Source of the DNA: an uncultured Ectothiorhodospiraceae bacterium
GTDB lineage: Bacteria; Pseudomonadota; Gammaproteobacteria; J044
Direction of reading: 5' to 3'
Length of the DNA stretch: 64,000 nucleotides
Assembly (NCBI GenBank): GCA_964641615.1
Contig: CAZXNH010000002.1
Span: 62,519 to 126,518 of the forward strand
Shown here: piece by piece, positions 19,334-28,192 of the stretch
Layout: the number at the start of each line of letters is the position of its first letter
Position numbering within the stretch: position 1 is the first letter of the stretch
The notes under the pieces: model-generated
Told to the model about the DNA's origin: nothing
Database searches by the model: none
What the model saw: only the letters and a program-made list of their open reading frames with translations
Made by a program: the position numbers and the translations under genes

Positions 19334-22186
19334 TTATGGTCCATGCGGGATACCCAGGGCCCTGGCAACGAGATCACGCTGCTGCTCCTGATGCATGGAG
19401 AAATAACCTACTGCCGGTGATGCTGCATCCGGGCGTGTCACGTGCTGCAGATAATGCCTGTCTTCCATCAGGGCCCGGATTCTGTGCTGAATGTTGTACC
19501 AGGCGCCCTGGTTGAGCGGCTCTTCCTGGCACCAGATAATATGGCTGGCAGCATCATATTTTTCGAGCTGTTCATCGACCTCGTCGCTGGGGAAGGGATA
19601 CATCTGCTCGAGGCGAATAATGGCGACATTATCCAGCTCCTGTTCACGGCGCGTTTCCAGCAGGTCGTAATAAACCTTGCCGCTACACATCACCAGCCGG
19701 TCCACCTTCTGTGGATCGATATCATCAATTTCTGGCAGTACCGGTGCAAACTTGCCATGCACCATGGCATCAATATCGGATACAGCGAGCTTGTGCCGTA
19801 ACAGGCTCTTGGGCGTCATCACGATCAGGGGTTTGCGATATAGCCTGCGCATCTGACGACGCAGCATGTGGAAGGTCTGCGCCGGGGTAGTTGGCGAACA
19901 GACCTGGATATTGTGTTGCGCACATAGTTGCAGGTAACGCTCCAGACGGGCCGAAGAATGCTCCGGACCCTGGCCCTCGAAGCCATGCGGCAGGAACATA
20001 GTCAGGCCGGAAAGGCGCCCCCACTTCTGTTCACCGGAAGAAACGAACTGATCGATCACCACCTGGGCATTATTGGCGAAGTCACCAAACTGGGCCTCCC
20101 AGATCACCAGCGTATCTGGATCACTGGCGGAATAACCATACTCAAAGGCCAGCACGGCCTCTTCAGACAACAGGGAGTCGATTACCAGGAATCGTGGATT
20201 GTCCTTATTCAACTGGCGCAATGGAATAAAGCTGCTTCCATCGGCCTGGTTATGCAGCACTGCATGCCGATGGAAGAAAGTGCCACGGCCACTATCCTGT
20301 CCGGACAGGCGTACCTTATAGCCATCATGCACCAGGGTTGCATAAGCCATGATCTCGGCAAAACCCCAGTCCACCGGCTGATGGCCGGCCACCATTTTTC
20401 TGCGATCTTCGACAATTCGGGCAACCCGGGGATGTAACTCAAAGCCATCGGGCAGCTGATCCAGCTTTCCGGCCAGCACCTCGAGGGTCTCCCGCGACAC
20501 CGCGGTATCGACATGATGATCCCAGTCATGCCCCCAGTAGCGGGACCAGTCGACCCGATAGGGGCTATCAATCTGATGCCGATCGAGCAGATGCGGCACC
20601 ATGTTATTGCCTTCCTCGAGGCTGGTACGTGTCTGTTTTACCATCTGGTCAGGCTCATCGGGTTCCAGAACACCCGCATTAACCAGACGCTGGGCATAGA
20701 TCTCTCGTGTCGTCGGCAGATTACGAATCTTCTGGTACATCTGCGGCTGGGTTACTGCAGGCTCATCGGCCTCGTTATGACCCTGGCGCCGGTAGCAGAT
20801 GAGGTCGATAACAACATCCTTGTGGAAAGTCATGCGGTAATCCAGGGCAACCTGGGTAGCCAGCATGACCGCCTCGGGGTCATCACCATTCACATGGAAG
20901 ATTGGCGTGTTCACCATCTTTGCCACATCGGTACAGTAAAAGGTCGAGCGAGCATCCTGGTGGAAGCTGGTGGTAAAACCGATCTGGTTATTAACGACGA
21001 TATGCACGGTGCCCTTGGTAGAGAAACCGCGGGTCTGGGACATGTTGAGGGTTTCCATCACCACGCCCTGGCCGGCAAATGCCGCATCCCCATGAATAAC
21101 AACAGGCAGCACCTCGATACCTTCACGGTCACTGCGGCTGTCCTGCCGGGCGCGCGTCGAACCCTCGACCACAGGCCCGATGATTTCCAGGTGCGAGGGA
21201 TTAAAGGCCATGGCCAGGTGCACCGGGCCACCCGGCGTACGGATTTCCGATGAAAAGCCCTGATGATATTTCACGTCACCGGTACGACCGGTATCGTCAT
21301 GCTTGCCCTCGAACTCGGAAAACAGCTTGGCCGGGGACTTACCCATCACGTTTATCAGTACGTTAAGGCGACCACGATGGGCCATGCCGAGGATAACTTC
21401 CTGGATGCCCTGGCGACCTGCTCGCTGGATGAGTTCGTCCAGCAGGGGAATCAGGCTCTCCCCTCCTTCCAGTGAAAATCGTTTCTGGCCTACGTAACGG
21501 GTATGCAGATAACGCTCAAGACCTTCTGCCGCAGTCAGGCGCTCGATAATGAAGCGCTGAAACTTAGGTGAATAGGTGGGCGAGGAAACCACGCCTTCTA
21601 AACGACTCTGAATCCATTCCCGCTCCTCGGTGTTGAGCACGTGCATGTACTCGGCACCAATGCTGCGCGTGTAGGTACGCTTGAGCACATCGACAATGTT
21701 GTAGAGGGTTGCGACATCCGGCCCCGCCAGGGTGCGACAATCAAAGAAGGTGTCCAGGTCCTGTTCGGACAGGCTGTGAAAATCCAGTGAGAGTTCGGGA
21801 ATATCCTGCACCGGCTTGTCGAGGGGATTCACCCGGGCCACCAGGTGCCCCTGGTTCCGATAGGCCTGGATCAGGTTGAGCACCCTGACCTGCTTGCGCT
21901 CGTGCTCGAAGTCGCCTGGCTGCGCAGCTTCGACAGGTGCGCCATGGCTGTGGTCAGGACGCAGGGTGTGTTCGCGGACTTCTGCCCGGATACGGGAATG
22001 GCGCACATCATGTTCATGGCCGTCGACCCGGGGCAACTGATCAAAATACTGTCGCCAGTGAGGCTCGACCAGATCAGGATTTTCCAGGTAGGCCTCATAG
22101 ACGGTTTCAAGATAGGCGGCATTACTACCATCAAGCAATGAGTTGCCCCTGAGTAAGTCCATGTCCCTGTGTTGTTTTTCTTGCAT
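19334..22186 (-). CDS. sucA: 2-oxoglutarate dehydrogenase E1 component
   Basis: 950 aa TPP-dependent E1o with a characteristic N-terminus (NAAYLETVYEAYLENPD) and transketolase-like domains. Confidence 0.95.
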   Translation of the reverse strand: MQEKQHRDMDLLRGNSLLDGSNAAYLETVYEAYLENPDLVEPHWRQYFDQLPRVDGHEHDVRHSRIRAEVREHTLRPDHSHGAPVEAAQPGDFEHERKQVRVLNLIQAYRNQGHLVARVNPLDKPVQDIPELSLDFHSLSEQDLDTFFDCRTLAGPDVATLYNIVDVLKRTYTRSIGAEYMHVLNTEEREWIQSRLEGVVSSPTYSPKFQRFIIERLTAAEGLERYLHTRYVGQKRFSLEGGESLIPLLDELIQRAGRQGIQEVILGMAHRGRLNVLINVMGKSPAKLFSEFEGKHDDTGRTGDVKYHQGFSSEIRTPGGPVHLAMAFNPSHLEIIGPVVEGSTRARQDSRSDREGIEVLPVVIHGDAAFAGQGVVMETLNMSQTRGFSTKGTVHIVVNNQIGFTTSFHQDARSTFYCTDVAKMVNTPIFHVNGDDPEAVMLATQVALDYRMTFHKDVVIDLICYRRQGHNEADEPAVTQPQMYQKIRNLPTTREIYAQRLVNAGVLEPDEPDQMVKQTRTSLEEGNNMVPHLLDRHQIDSPYRVDWSRYWGHDWDHHVDTAVSRETLEVLAGKLDQLPDGFELHPRVARIVEDRRKMVAGHQPVDWGFAEIMAYATLVHDGYKVRLSGQDSGRGTFFHRHAVLHNQADGSSFIPLRQLNKDNPRFLVIDSLLSEEAVLAFEYGYSASDPDTLVIWEAQFGDFANNAQVVIDQFVSSGEQKWGRLSGLTMFLPHGFEGQGPEHSSARLERYLQLCAQHNIQVCSPTTPAQTFHMLRRQMRRLYRKPLIVMTPKSLLRHKLAVSDIDAMVHGKFAPVLPEIDDIDPQKVDRLVMCSGKVYYDLLETRREQELDNVAIIRLEQMYPFPSDEVDEQLEKYDAASHIIWCQEEPLNQGAWYNIQHRIRALMEDRHYLQHVTRPDAASPAVGYFSMHQEQQRDLVARALGIPHGP

Positions 22187-22264
22187 TGCCTACTAAATTA
22201 CCCGGGCATCTGGTTTATTACATTTATATGTAAACCATATTTGGTCGTTTGACAGGAAAAACAC

Positions 22265-22720
22265 CTAATTTATTTCGCTTTTTCCCCATTTTCTTTTCCA
22301 CTCGGTCAGTTTCTTCTCCATTCTGTGAACATGCCCCCCATTCCAGTACAGGCGCTGGCATTCCGGGCAACACCTCAGGGGCTCATCGTCCCTGAGTCGG
22401 ATGCTGAGTCCGGCGCGTTGATCCTCGGTGCCCTGCACCAGCTCTACGTTGCACATCATGCACCGTGTAAAGGGGCGATAAAGCCAGTCGATATGAAGGC
22501 GCTCTGCCAGGCAACGGGCCTGATCATCAAGGACCTGATCATCTATCATGAAGACGAATTTATCGGCATCGCGAAAATGCATGAACTGGCGATCACGTGT
22601 CAGGATGATACGCCCTTCCTCTCTGGCCAGAGCCATGATATTCCGATCGGGGGAACCACCAGGTAACAGGGCACAGTCGTAACCCGCTGCTCTCAGCCAT
22701 CGACACAGGCGGGCCAGCAT
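22265..22720 (-). CDS. Mut7-C RNase domain protein (PF01927/DUF82) with a C-terminal zinc ribbon
   Basis: 151 aa with a PIN-like Mut7-C pattern (LARLCRWLRAAGYD...ILTRD) and CxxC...CPECQ. Confidence 0.65.
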   Translation of the reverse strand: MLARLCRWLRAAGYDCALLPGGSPDRNIMALAREEGRIILTRDRQFMHFRDADKFVFMIDDQVLDDQARCLAERLHIDWLYRPFTRCMMCNVELVQGTEDQRAGLSIRLRDDEPLRCCPECQRLYWNGGHVHRMEKKLTEWKRKWGKSEIN

Positions 22721-22869
22721 TTCATCACAGATGAGCTGTATATCCAGGTCCTGCCTGATAGTTTCATCCTCCCGGTTAAATACGTACTTACGTGGGCTTA
22801 GCTAGAAGCATAGTGTATATTCGCAGGCTATTTTCACGCCTATTAAAAGCCCAGCTGAACCCCGAAACC

Positions 22870-24087
22870 ATGCAGCCTACAGATACCGACGCACAGCCTC
22901 AGCGAACTATTACCATCAACAACACCGAAATTACCCTGCTGGGTACTGCCCATGTGTCCCGGGCCAGCGCCGACGCCGTTGAAGAAGAACTCAACTCCGG
23001 ACGCTATAGCGCCGTGGCTATCGAGCTTTGCCCCAGTCGCTACCAGGCCCTTGTTGATCCTGATGCCCTGTCACGCATGGACCTTTTCCAGGTACTAAAA
23101 GAGGGCAAGATACCGATGGTGTCAGCCAGCCTTGCCTTAGGCGCCTTTCAGCAGCGCATGGCTGACCAGTATGGCATTCGACCCGGCGAAGAAATGCAGC
23201 GCGCCATCAGCAAGGGCAAGGAACATGATCTGCCTGTGCTTTTGATCGACCGTGAGGTCGGTATCACGCTCAAACGTGTTTACCGAAACGTGCCCTGGTG
23301 GCAACGCTTCATGGTCTTTAGCGGGCTCATCAGTAGTGTAATTTCCAGGGAAGAAATCCCTGAAGAAGAGATAGAGCGACTCAAGGAAGGTGATGTACTG
23401 GAAAGCGCCTTCACCCAGTTCGCTGAGCGTGAAAAACATCTGTATCTGCCCTTAATCCATGAACGTGACCAGTACATGGCTGCCCGCCTGCTACAGGAAA
23501 TTGCTGCAGATGATCACCAGCATATCCTGGCCGTTGTCGGTGCCGGCCACCTGCAGGGCATCTACGAGCAACTGGAACAGTATGCAGGCCCCATCGATGC
23601 AGAAACCATGGATGACCAGATTAAGGCCCTGGATGAGACGCCAGCAGCAGGCCCCTTCTGGAAGATTTTCCCCTGGCTGATTGTTGCCATCATCATCACC
23701 GGCTTCGTCATTGGCTTTATGCGCAGCCCCGAACTGGGCATGACACTGATCTGGGAATGGGTACTGATCAATGGTAGCCTGTCTGCCCTGGGGGCACTGA
23801 TTGCAGGCGGTCATCCGCTCACCGTGGTCACGGCATTCCTGGCCGCACCACTAACCTCGCTCAATCCTACGATTGGCGCCGGCATGGTCACCGGAGCCGC
23901 AGAACTATTCCTGCGTAAACCCACCGTGGGGGATTTCGATAACCTGCGTCATGACACGACACATCTGGGAGGCTGGTGGAAGAACCGAGTGGCGCGATTA
24001 TTCCTGGTCTTCATCCTGAGTTCACTCGGCTCGGCCATTGGCACCTATGTGGCTGGCTTCAGGATCTTTGATCGCCTGATTGGCTAA
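22870..24087 (+). CDS. TraB/GumN (PrgY-like) family protein with a C-terminal membrane domain
   Basis: Motifs TITINNTEITLLGTAHVS and ILAVVGAGHLQGI of the TraB family, plus four C-terminal TM helices. Start set at the ATG at 22870. Confidence 0.7.
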   Translation: MQPTDTDAQPQRTITINNTEITLLGTAHVSRASADAVEEELNSGRYSAVAIELCPSRYQALVDPDALSRMDLFQVLKEGKIPMVSASLALGAFQQRMADQYGIRPGEEMQRAISKGKEHDLPVLLIDREVGITLKRVYRNVPWWQRFMVFSGLISSVISREEIPEEEIERLKEGDVLESAFTQFAEREKHLYLPLIHERDQYMAARLLQEIAADDHQHILAVVGAGHLQGIYEQLEQYAGPIDAETMDDQIKALDETPAAGPFWKIFPWLIVAIIITGFVIGFMRSPELGMTLIWEWVLINGSLSALGALIAGGHPLTVVTAFLAAPLTSLNPTIGAGMVTGAAELFLRKPTVGDFDNLRHDTTHLGGWWKNRVARLFLVFILSSLGSAIGTYVAGFRIFDRLIG

Positions 24088-25389
24088 TCAGGCGGGGCGC
24101 ACCCTGAAATCAAAGAAGCCCCAGAAAAATCCCAGCACGCCAAACAGGATAGAAAAGAGGTCCCGGCGGTTCAGTGTGTAGCTTGAAGCAGAACTGACCT
24201 CTCTGCCTCGCTCCTGCTTCTGGGGCACCACAAAGCCCTGGACCCAGCCGTTAGAAAGACCATTCAGGCTTATCTGGTACCAGGACCCGCTGCTATTGCG
24301 CAGTTCCTTTTCAAGGACAGCGACATCACCCGACCTGAGCTCACGAACCTGTTCAAAGGTTTCACTCGGCTGGGCATACACCGGGGCATACTCCTGGCGC
24401 ACGGTGACAAACTGTGTCCCCGTCTCAAAGACCTCGGCCTTAAGATGATCGAGGGGGCCAGAAGGCAGAATCATGGTCGGTATCGTAAACAGCAGGAAAC
24501 CCACGACAAAACCAAAACTACCCTTAAGCAGTCGCTGCTTGAAGGTAGAGAAGAGCCTGAAACGTCTAAGGGCAAGTATGGAAAACAGGAAAAGAACAGC
24601 CATTAGCCCCCATTCAACCTGGCCACCCTCACGCAGTACCAGCCCTGGGTTCAACTCCCTGATACCAAGCGGCAACTGATCGGCCAGGATATATCGCAGA
24701 GACAGATAATATGCCGCCACCAGCCCTACAACCACGGCTACCAGGTGCACCAGCTGCTCCCTGCGTTTTTCCGGACTCAGAGGCAACACTCCGCCAGGAG
24801 CCATGCCACTGGTCATATTCTTGCAATAGGTCCAGTCACAACGGTAAACCGTCATTGGTTCCTTCTTGCCCTTGAAGGTAAAGATGCCGGCCTTGTTAAT
24901 GAAATAGCCCTGATCCTTGAGGATCTCGGCCATGGTATCCGAGAGGAATATCTCATCCCCCTCGGCTTCGTTTTCGATACGGGAAGCGACATTGACGACA
25001 TCACCGAAAACGTCATTGGTTTCAACGATGGCCATACCGGTATGCATACCTATGCGTACATGGATATCGAAGTCCTCATCCTGTTCGCGCATGCCTTCCA
25101 GGGTCTGCTGGATACCAATGGCGGCCTTGATAGCATCGGCTGGCCTGTGGAACATAGCCATGACGGAATCGCCTATGGTCTTTACCACCTCACCACGAAA
25201 GTGCTGCACTACGGGCATAACCAGGCGGTTATGCTTGTCGACCATCAGGCGGCCCTTGATATCGCCATTCAGGTCCCAGTGCATGGTGGAAAAAACAATA
25301 TCCGTAAACAGGATCGTCACCTGTTTCTGGGATTGCTTGATCTCCCGGGTAATGCTGCTCGATATCGTTTTCTTGGACCAGTCAGGCAT
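24088..25389 (-). CDS. Class III adenylate/guanylate cyclase domain protein with a multi-TM region and a C-terminal SH3b-like domain
   Basis: CHD-domain motifs (ILFTDIVFST...VKTIGDSVMAMF...HTGM), about five TM helices, and a C-terminal segment (GDVAVLEKELRNSSGSWYQISLNGLSNGWVQGFVV). Confidence 0.7.
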   Translation of the reverse strand: MPDWSKKTISSSITREIKQSQKQVTILFTDIVFSTMHWDLNGDIKGRLMVDKHNRLVMPVVQHFRGEVVKTIGDSVMAMFHRPADAIKAAIGIQQTLEGMREQDEDFDIHVRIGMHTGMAIVETNDVFGDVVNVASRIENEAEGDEIFLSDTMAEILKDQGYFINKAGIFTFKGKKEPMTVYRCDWTYCKNMTSGMAPGGVLPLSPEKRREQLVHLVAVVVGLVAAYYLSLRYILADQLPLGIRELNPGLVLREGGQVEWGLMAVLFLFSILALRRFRLFSTFKQRLLKGSFGFVVGFLLFTIPTMILPSGPLDHLKAEVFETGTQFVTVRQEYAPVYAQPSETFEQVRELRSGDVAVLEKELRNSSGSWYQISLNGLSNGWVQGFVVPQKQERGREVSSASSYTLNRRDLFSILFGVLGFFWGFFDFRVRPA

Positions 25390-25457
25390 AATGAAGGTCT
25401 GAAGATTCCCTTGTTTTGAATCGCATTCTATTGTTTTTTTGTGCAGTGTAGAACGAA

Positions 25458-25856
25458 ATGATCAATGAACCCAACCAGCTCAGCCATTATGACCTCATGG
25501 GTGGTGACGAAGGTGTACGAAAACTGGTAGATCGTTTTTACCAGATCATGGATGAGTCTCCTGAGGCCTGGGAGATTCGCAAGCTTCATCCTGATGACCT
25601 GTCTAGCTCCGTCGACAAGCTCTATATGTTTCTTTCTGGATGGCTGGGCGGGCCTCAGCTCTATGTTGAGAAACATGGTCATCCAATGCTAAGAAGGCGC
25701 CATTTCCCCTTTCCGATCGCTGAACGCGAACGTGATCAGTGGCTGATGTGCATGAACCAGGCGCTGGATGAGATGGAGATTGATTCGATATTCCGTGAAC
25801 AGCTCAAGGCCAGCTTCTTCAAAGTCGCTGACCATATGCGTAACAGGGAAGAATAG
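25458..25856 (+). CDS. Group 2 truncated haemoglobin (trHbO/GlbO)
   Basis: Sequence YDLMGGDEGVRKLVDRFYQIM...HPMLRRRHFPFPI...RDQWLMCM matches the trHbO signature, including the proximal His in RRRH and the F-helix. Confidence 0.8.
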   Translation: MINEPNQLSHYDLMGGDEGVRKLVDRFYQIMDESPEAWEIRKLHPDDLSSSVDKLYMFLSGWLGGPQLYVEKHGHPMLRRRHFPFPIAERERDQWLMCMNQALDEMEIDSIFREQLKASFFKVADHMRNREE

Positions 25857-25859
25857 AAA

Positions 25860-26105
25860 CTAGAGTGGCTCTTCGTTCTCGGGCGGCATTTGCAGGTGAA
25901 AGCCACGATCCTCGAGATTCTGCAGGACCTCGGTCGGATCTTCCTGGGCCAGGGCGCGATCCGGCGTGAGTTCAAATTCGAGGGCAAACTCCGGCTCTCC
26001 AAAGACGCGCATCAGTGCCTCAGGGATATCATCAAACTCATCCTTTTTAGGAAGATAGATATAGGTCTCAGGCTTCCGGCTACTGCGATAGACATAACAC
26101 TGCAT
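25860..26105 (-). CDS. YcgL-domain protein (DUF709)
   Basis: 81 aa MQCYVYRSSRKPETYIYLPKKDEFDDIPEALMRVFGEP..., a close pattern match to the E. coli YcgL family. Confidence 0.8.
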   Translation of the reverse strand: MQCYVYRSSRKPETYIYLPKKDEFDDIPEALMRVFGEPEFALEFELTPDRALAQEDPTEVLQNLEDRGFHLQMPPENEEPL

Positions 26106-26107
26106 GT

Positions 26108-27016
26108 TTATTCCTTAACTGCTTCTGCGGGTTGCTCGGTAACAACGGGGTCCGCGGCCGGCACAACAGGCTCATCTTTTGGCGGTAGCTGGTCCTTGGG
26201 CAGGAAGCGCGGCGTTACTTCAGTCGGCGCAGGCACTTCCTCTTCAGGTGCGGGCACAGTGTCAGCCTCGGCAAAAACCTCGAGCCACTCGATCTTGCTG
26301 AAGGGATACTCATAAGTAATCTCACCGGCAGATACACGCTGTTTCAGGCTAAGAGAGTCACCCGTGGTACTTAATGAATCAAGCACGCCCTCTTCAATTT
26401 CTCCACCAGCCAGATGGACGCGCATGTCATAACCGATGTAATCGGGCAGGCGCTTTCTGGCTACGGGCTGAAGACTCATCTTGACGGTCGTTAGCTGAGC
26501 CTCGGGAGAAGCCACCTGGGGTTCGGGAGAAAGTGGCTCAATGATGACACCCGCTTCTTCATCTTCGGCCTCTTGCACATAAATATCTTTTTCAGTATCA
26601 ATACCCTGGGCTTCGGCTACCGCCTGGTTCGGCACTTCGACATTGCCCGGGCGCTTTTCCAGAATTTCAGCGACCTTTTCGGTCGCTGCTTCAGGCACAG
26701 GGATTTTAGAGACATCTACACCGGCCTTATCCAGTACCTGGTCGACCTTCCCCAGGTGCTTTTCGGCCTGTATCTCTTTTTCACCACCGCCGTAAAAGGC
26801 AACGCCCGTAATCAGCAGACCCACTATGAATACCAGGAAACCATTACGCGCCTCTTCCCAGAATCGTATGGCAAACACAATGCCGGCAAAGGGAATCAGG
26901 AGAACGGCCAGGCCCCACAGGGCGCTTTGCTTGAAGGCCTGAATAAGCAGAATAAGCAGGCCAATCAGAAGGATAATACTACCGACGATCAGGGCTATTC
27001 CGACTGGAATTTCCAT
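26108..27016 (-). CDS. Membrane protein: N-terminal multi-TM region plus an acidic/proline-rich low-complexity C-terminal region
   Basis: Three or four N-terminal TM helices and a long Pro/Glu/Val-rich tail. No motif I recognise. Confidence 0.45.
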   Translation of the reverse strand: MEIPVGIALIVGSIILLIGLLILLIQAFKQSALWGLAVLLIPFAGIVFAIRFWEEARNGFLVFIVGLLITGVAFYGGGEKEIQAEKHLGKVDQVLDKAGVDVSKIPVPEAATEKVAEILEKRPGNVEVPNQAVAEAQGIDTEKDIYVQEAEDEEAGVIIEPLSPEPQVASPEAQLTTVKMSLQPVARKRLPDYIGYDMRVHLAGGEIEEGVLDSLSTTGDSLSLKQRVSAGEITYEYPFSKIEWLEVFAEADTVPAPEEEVPAPTEVTPRFLPKDQLPPKDEPVVPAADPVVTEQPAEAVKE

Positions 27017-27209
27017 GGGGCCAACACCTTATAGCTGAATTGATTTGAAGAAGTTTACTCTGCCTTCCGGTTATTGTCAGTCTTCTCGCAAGCTACAGTG
27101 ACAATAGTAAAGGGATCCTGGAGAGGATGATTGCAGGACTTTTGTAAAGTGTACACTCTGCCTTCCTGTGTTAAATTTACCCGAATCACCACAGATACCG
27201 AGATAAACG

Positions 27210-27665
27210 ATGGACGTAAAATCCCTACTGAATCACAAGGCCACTCGTCTGATCACCGTTACCCCAGAGACCAAGATTACTGATGCAGTGTCACTCATGA
27301 TGCAAAACCGCATCGGATCTTTACCTGTTGTAGAAGATGGCGCCCTGGTCAGCATTATCACCGAGCGTGATGTCATGTTTGCCCTGAATAGCCATGCAGA
27401 AAATATCCAGACAATTTCTGTAAGAGAAATCATGGCAGGCGACCTGGTAACCTGTACTGCCGAATGCCCAATTCAGGATGCCATGACCCTGATGTTCGAC
27501 AACAAACTGGGGCGACGCATACGCCACCTGCCTATCACTGAAGACGGCAAGCTGGTCGGAATTGTTTCAAATGGCGACCTGCTGGATGCCATGCTGGATG
27601 AGACAGAATTTGAAAACCGGATCATGAAAAACTACATCAAGAACTGGCCGGAAGAATCTGCCTGA
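27210..27665 (+). CDS. CBS-domain pair protein
   Basis: Two CBS motifs (LITVTPETKITDAVSLMMQNRIGSLPVVEDGALVSIITERDV and VTCTAECPIQDAMTLMFDNKLGRRIRHLPITEDGKLVGIVSNGDL). Confidence 0.8.
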   Translation: MDVKSLLNHKATRLITVTPETKITDAVSLMMQNRIGSLPVVEDGALVSIITERDVMFALNSHAENIQTISVREIMAGDLVTCTAECPIQDAMTLMFDNKLGRRIRHLPITEDGKLVGIVSNGDLLDAMLDETEFENRIMKNYIKNWPEESA

Positions 27666-27699
27666 ACCCAGACGAAAGATATAGACAATGTAAACCTGC

Positions 27700-28017
27700 C
27701 TAGCCAGGCAGGTTCTCTACCTGCAAAGCATTGCTCATTGCAAAGTCAATCATAAAGTCATAAAGCCGTGCATCAGCCGCGGCCATGCTGTGATCAATCA
27801 GCACCGCATTCACCCCATCTATTGTCGCCATAGTGACATTAGGGTGGTAAATAATACGCCTGTTAGGGCCTACCGATGCGACAGCATTCGTCAGGCGTTG
27901 CGCCCAGTCGCTGGGACGAAATCGCTCGCCCTCTTTAGTTAACCCCTTGATAATGACCTTGTTTATATATTCGCTCATGACGGCAGTGAGTGTGCTCTGA
28001 TTGTTTATGGATTGCAA
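27700..28017 (-). CDS. Conserved hypothetical protein (possibly DUF3579-like)
   Basis: 105 aa soluble protein. The family assignment is from memory only. Confidence 0.35.
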   Translation of the reverse strand: MQSINNQSTLTAVMSEYINKVIIKGLTKEGERFRPSDWAQRLTNAVASVGPNRRIIYHPNVTMATIDGVNAVLIDHSMAAADARLYDFMIDFAMSNALQVENLPG

Positions 28018-28192
28018 CAGAGCGGTCCGCCCGGCCCTGTAACGCCCAAAGTGGCGCGTTTTATAGCCTGTTTGATATTGAGGGTCAAACCTGATTCATC
28101 CCCTGAAAAGTTTTATGAAAAATGGCCAGAAAGCCTGCATTTCGGAGTAATAACGCATATTATTACTGGTATCTGGATAAGATTATAACAAT

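Noticed and set aside
20513-21253. 246-aa ORF on the plus strand, plus several others within 19.4-22.2 kb
   Set aside because: All are antisense to sucA and have no motifs.
22265-25389. Mut7-C RNase, TraB and cyclase genes as a possible anti-phage defence island (Pycsar-like)
   Set aside because: The cyclase is a membrane-embedded class III enzyme with an SH3b-like domain, not a standalone PycC with an adjacent cNMP-binding effector. There are no integrase or mobile-element hallmarks, and the GC is typical of the flanks. I judged the evidence insufficient.
28140-28165. Palindrome GTAATAAcgcatATTATTAC upstream of the PAS-GGDEF-EAL gene
   Set aside because: It is a short AT-rich inverted repeat that could be chance in an AT-rich promoter, with no match to a known operator consensus. 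It is noted here but not called as a feature.
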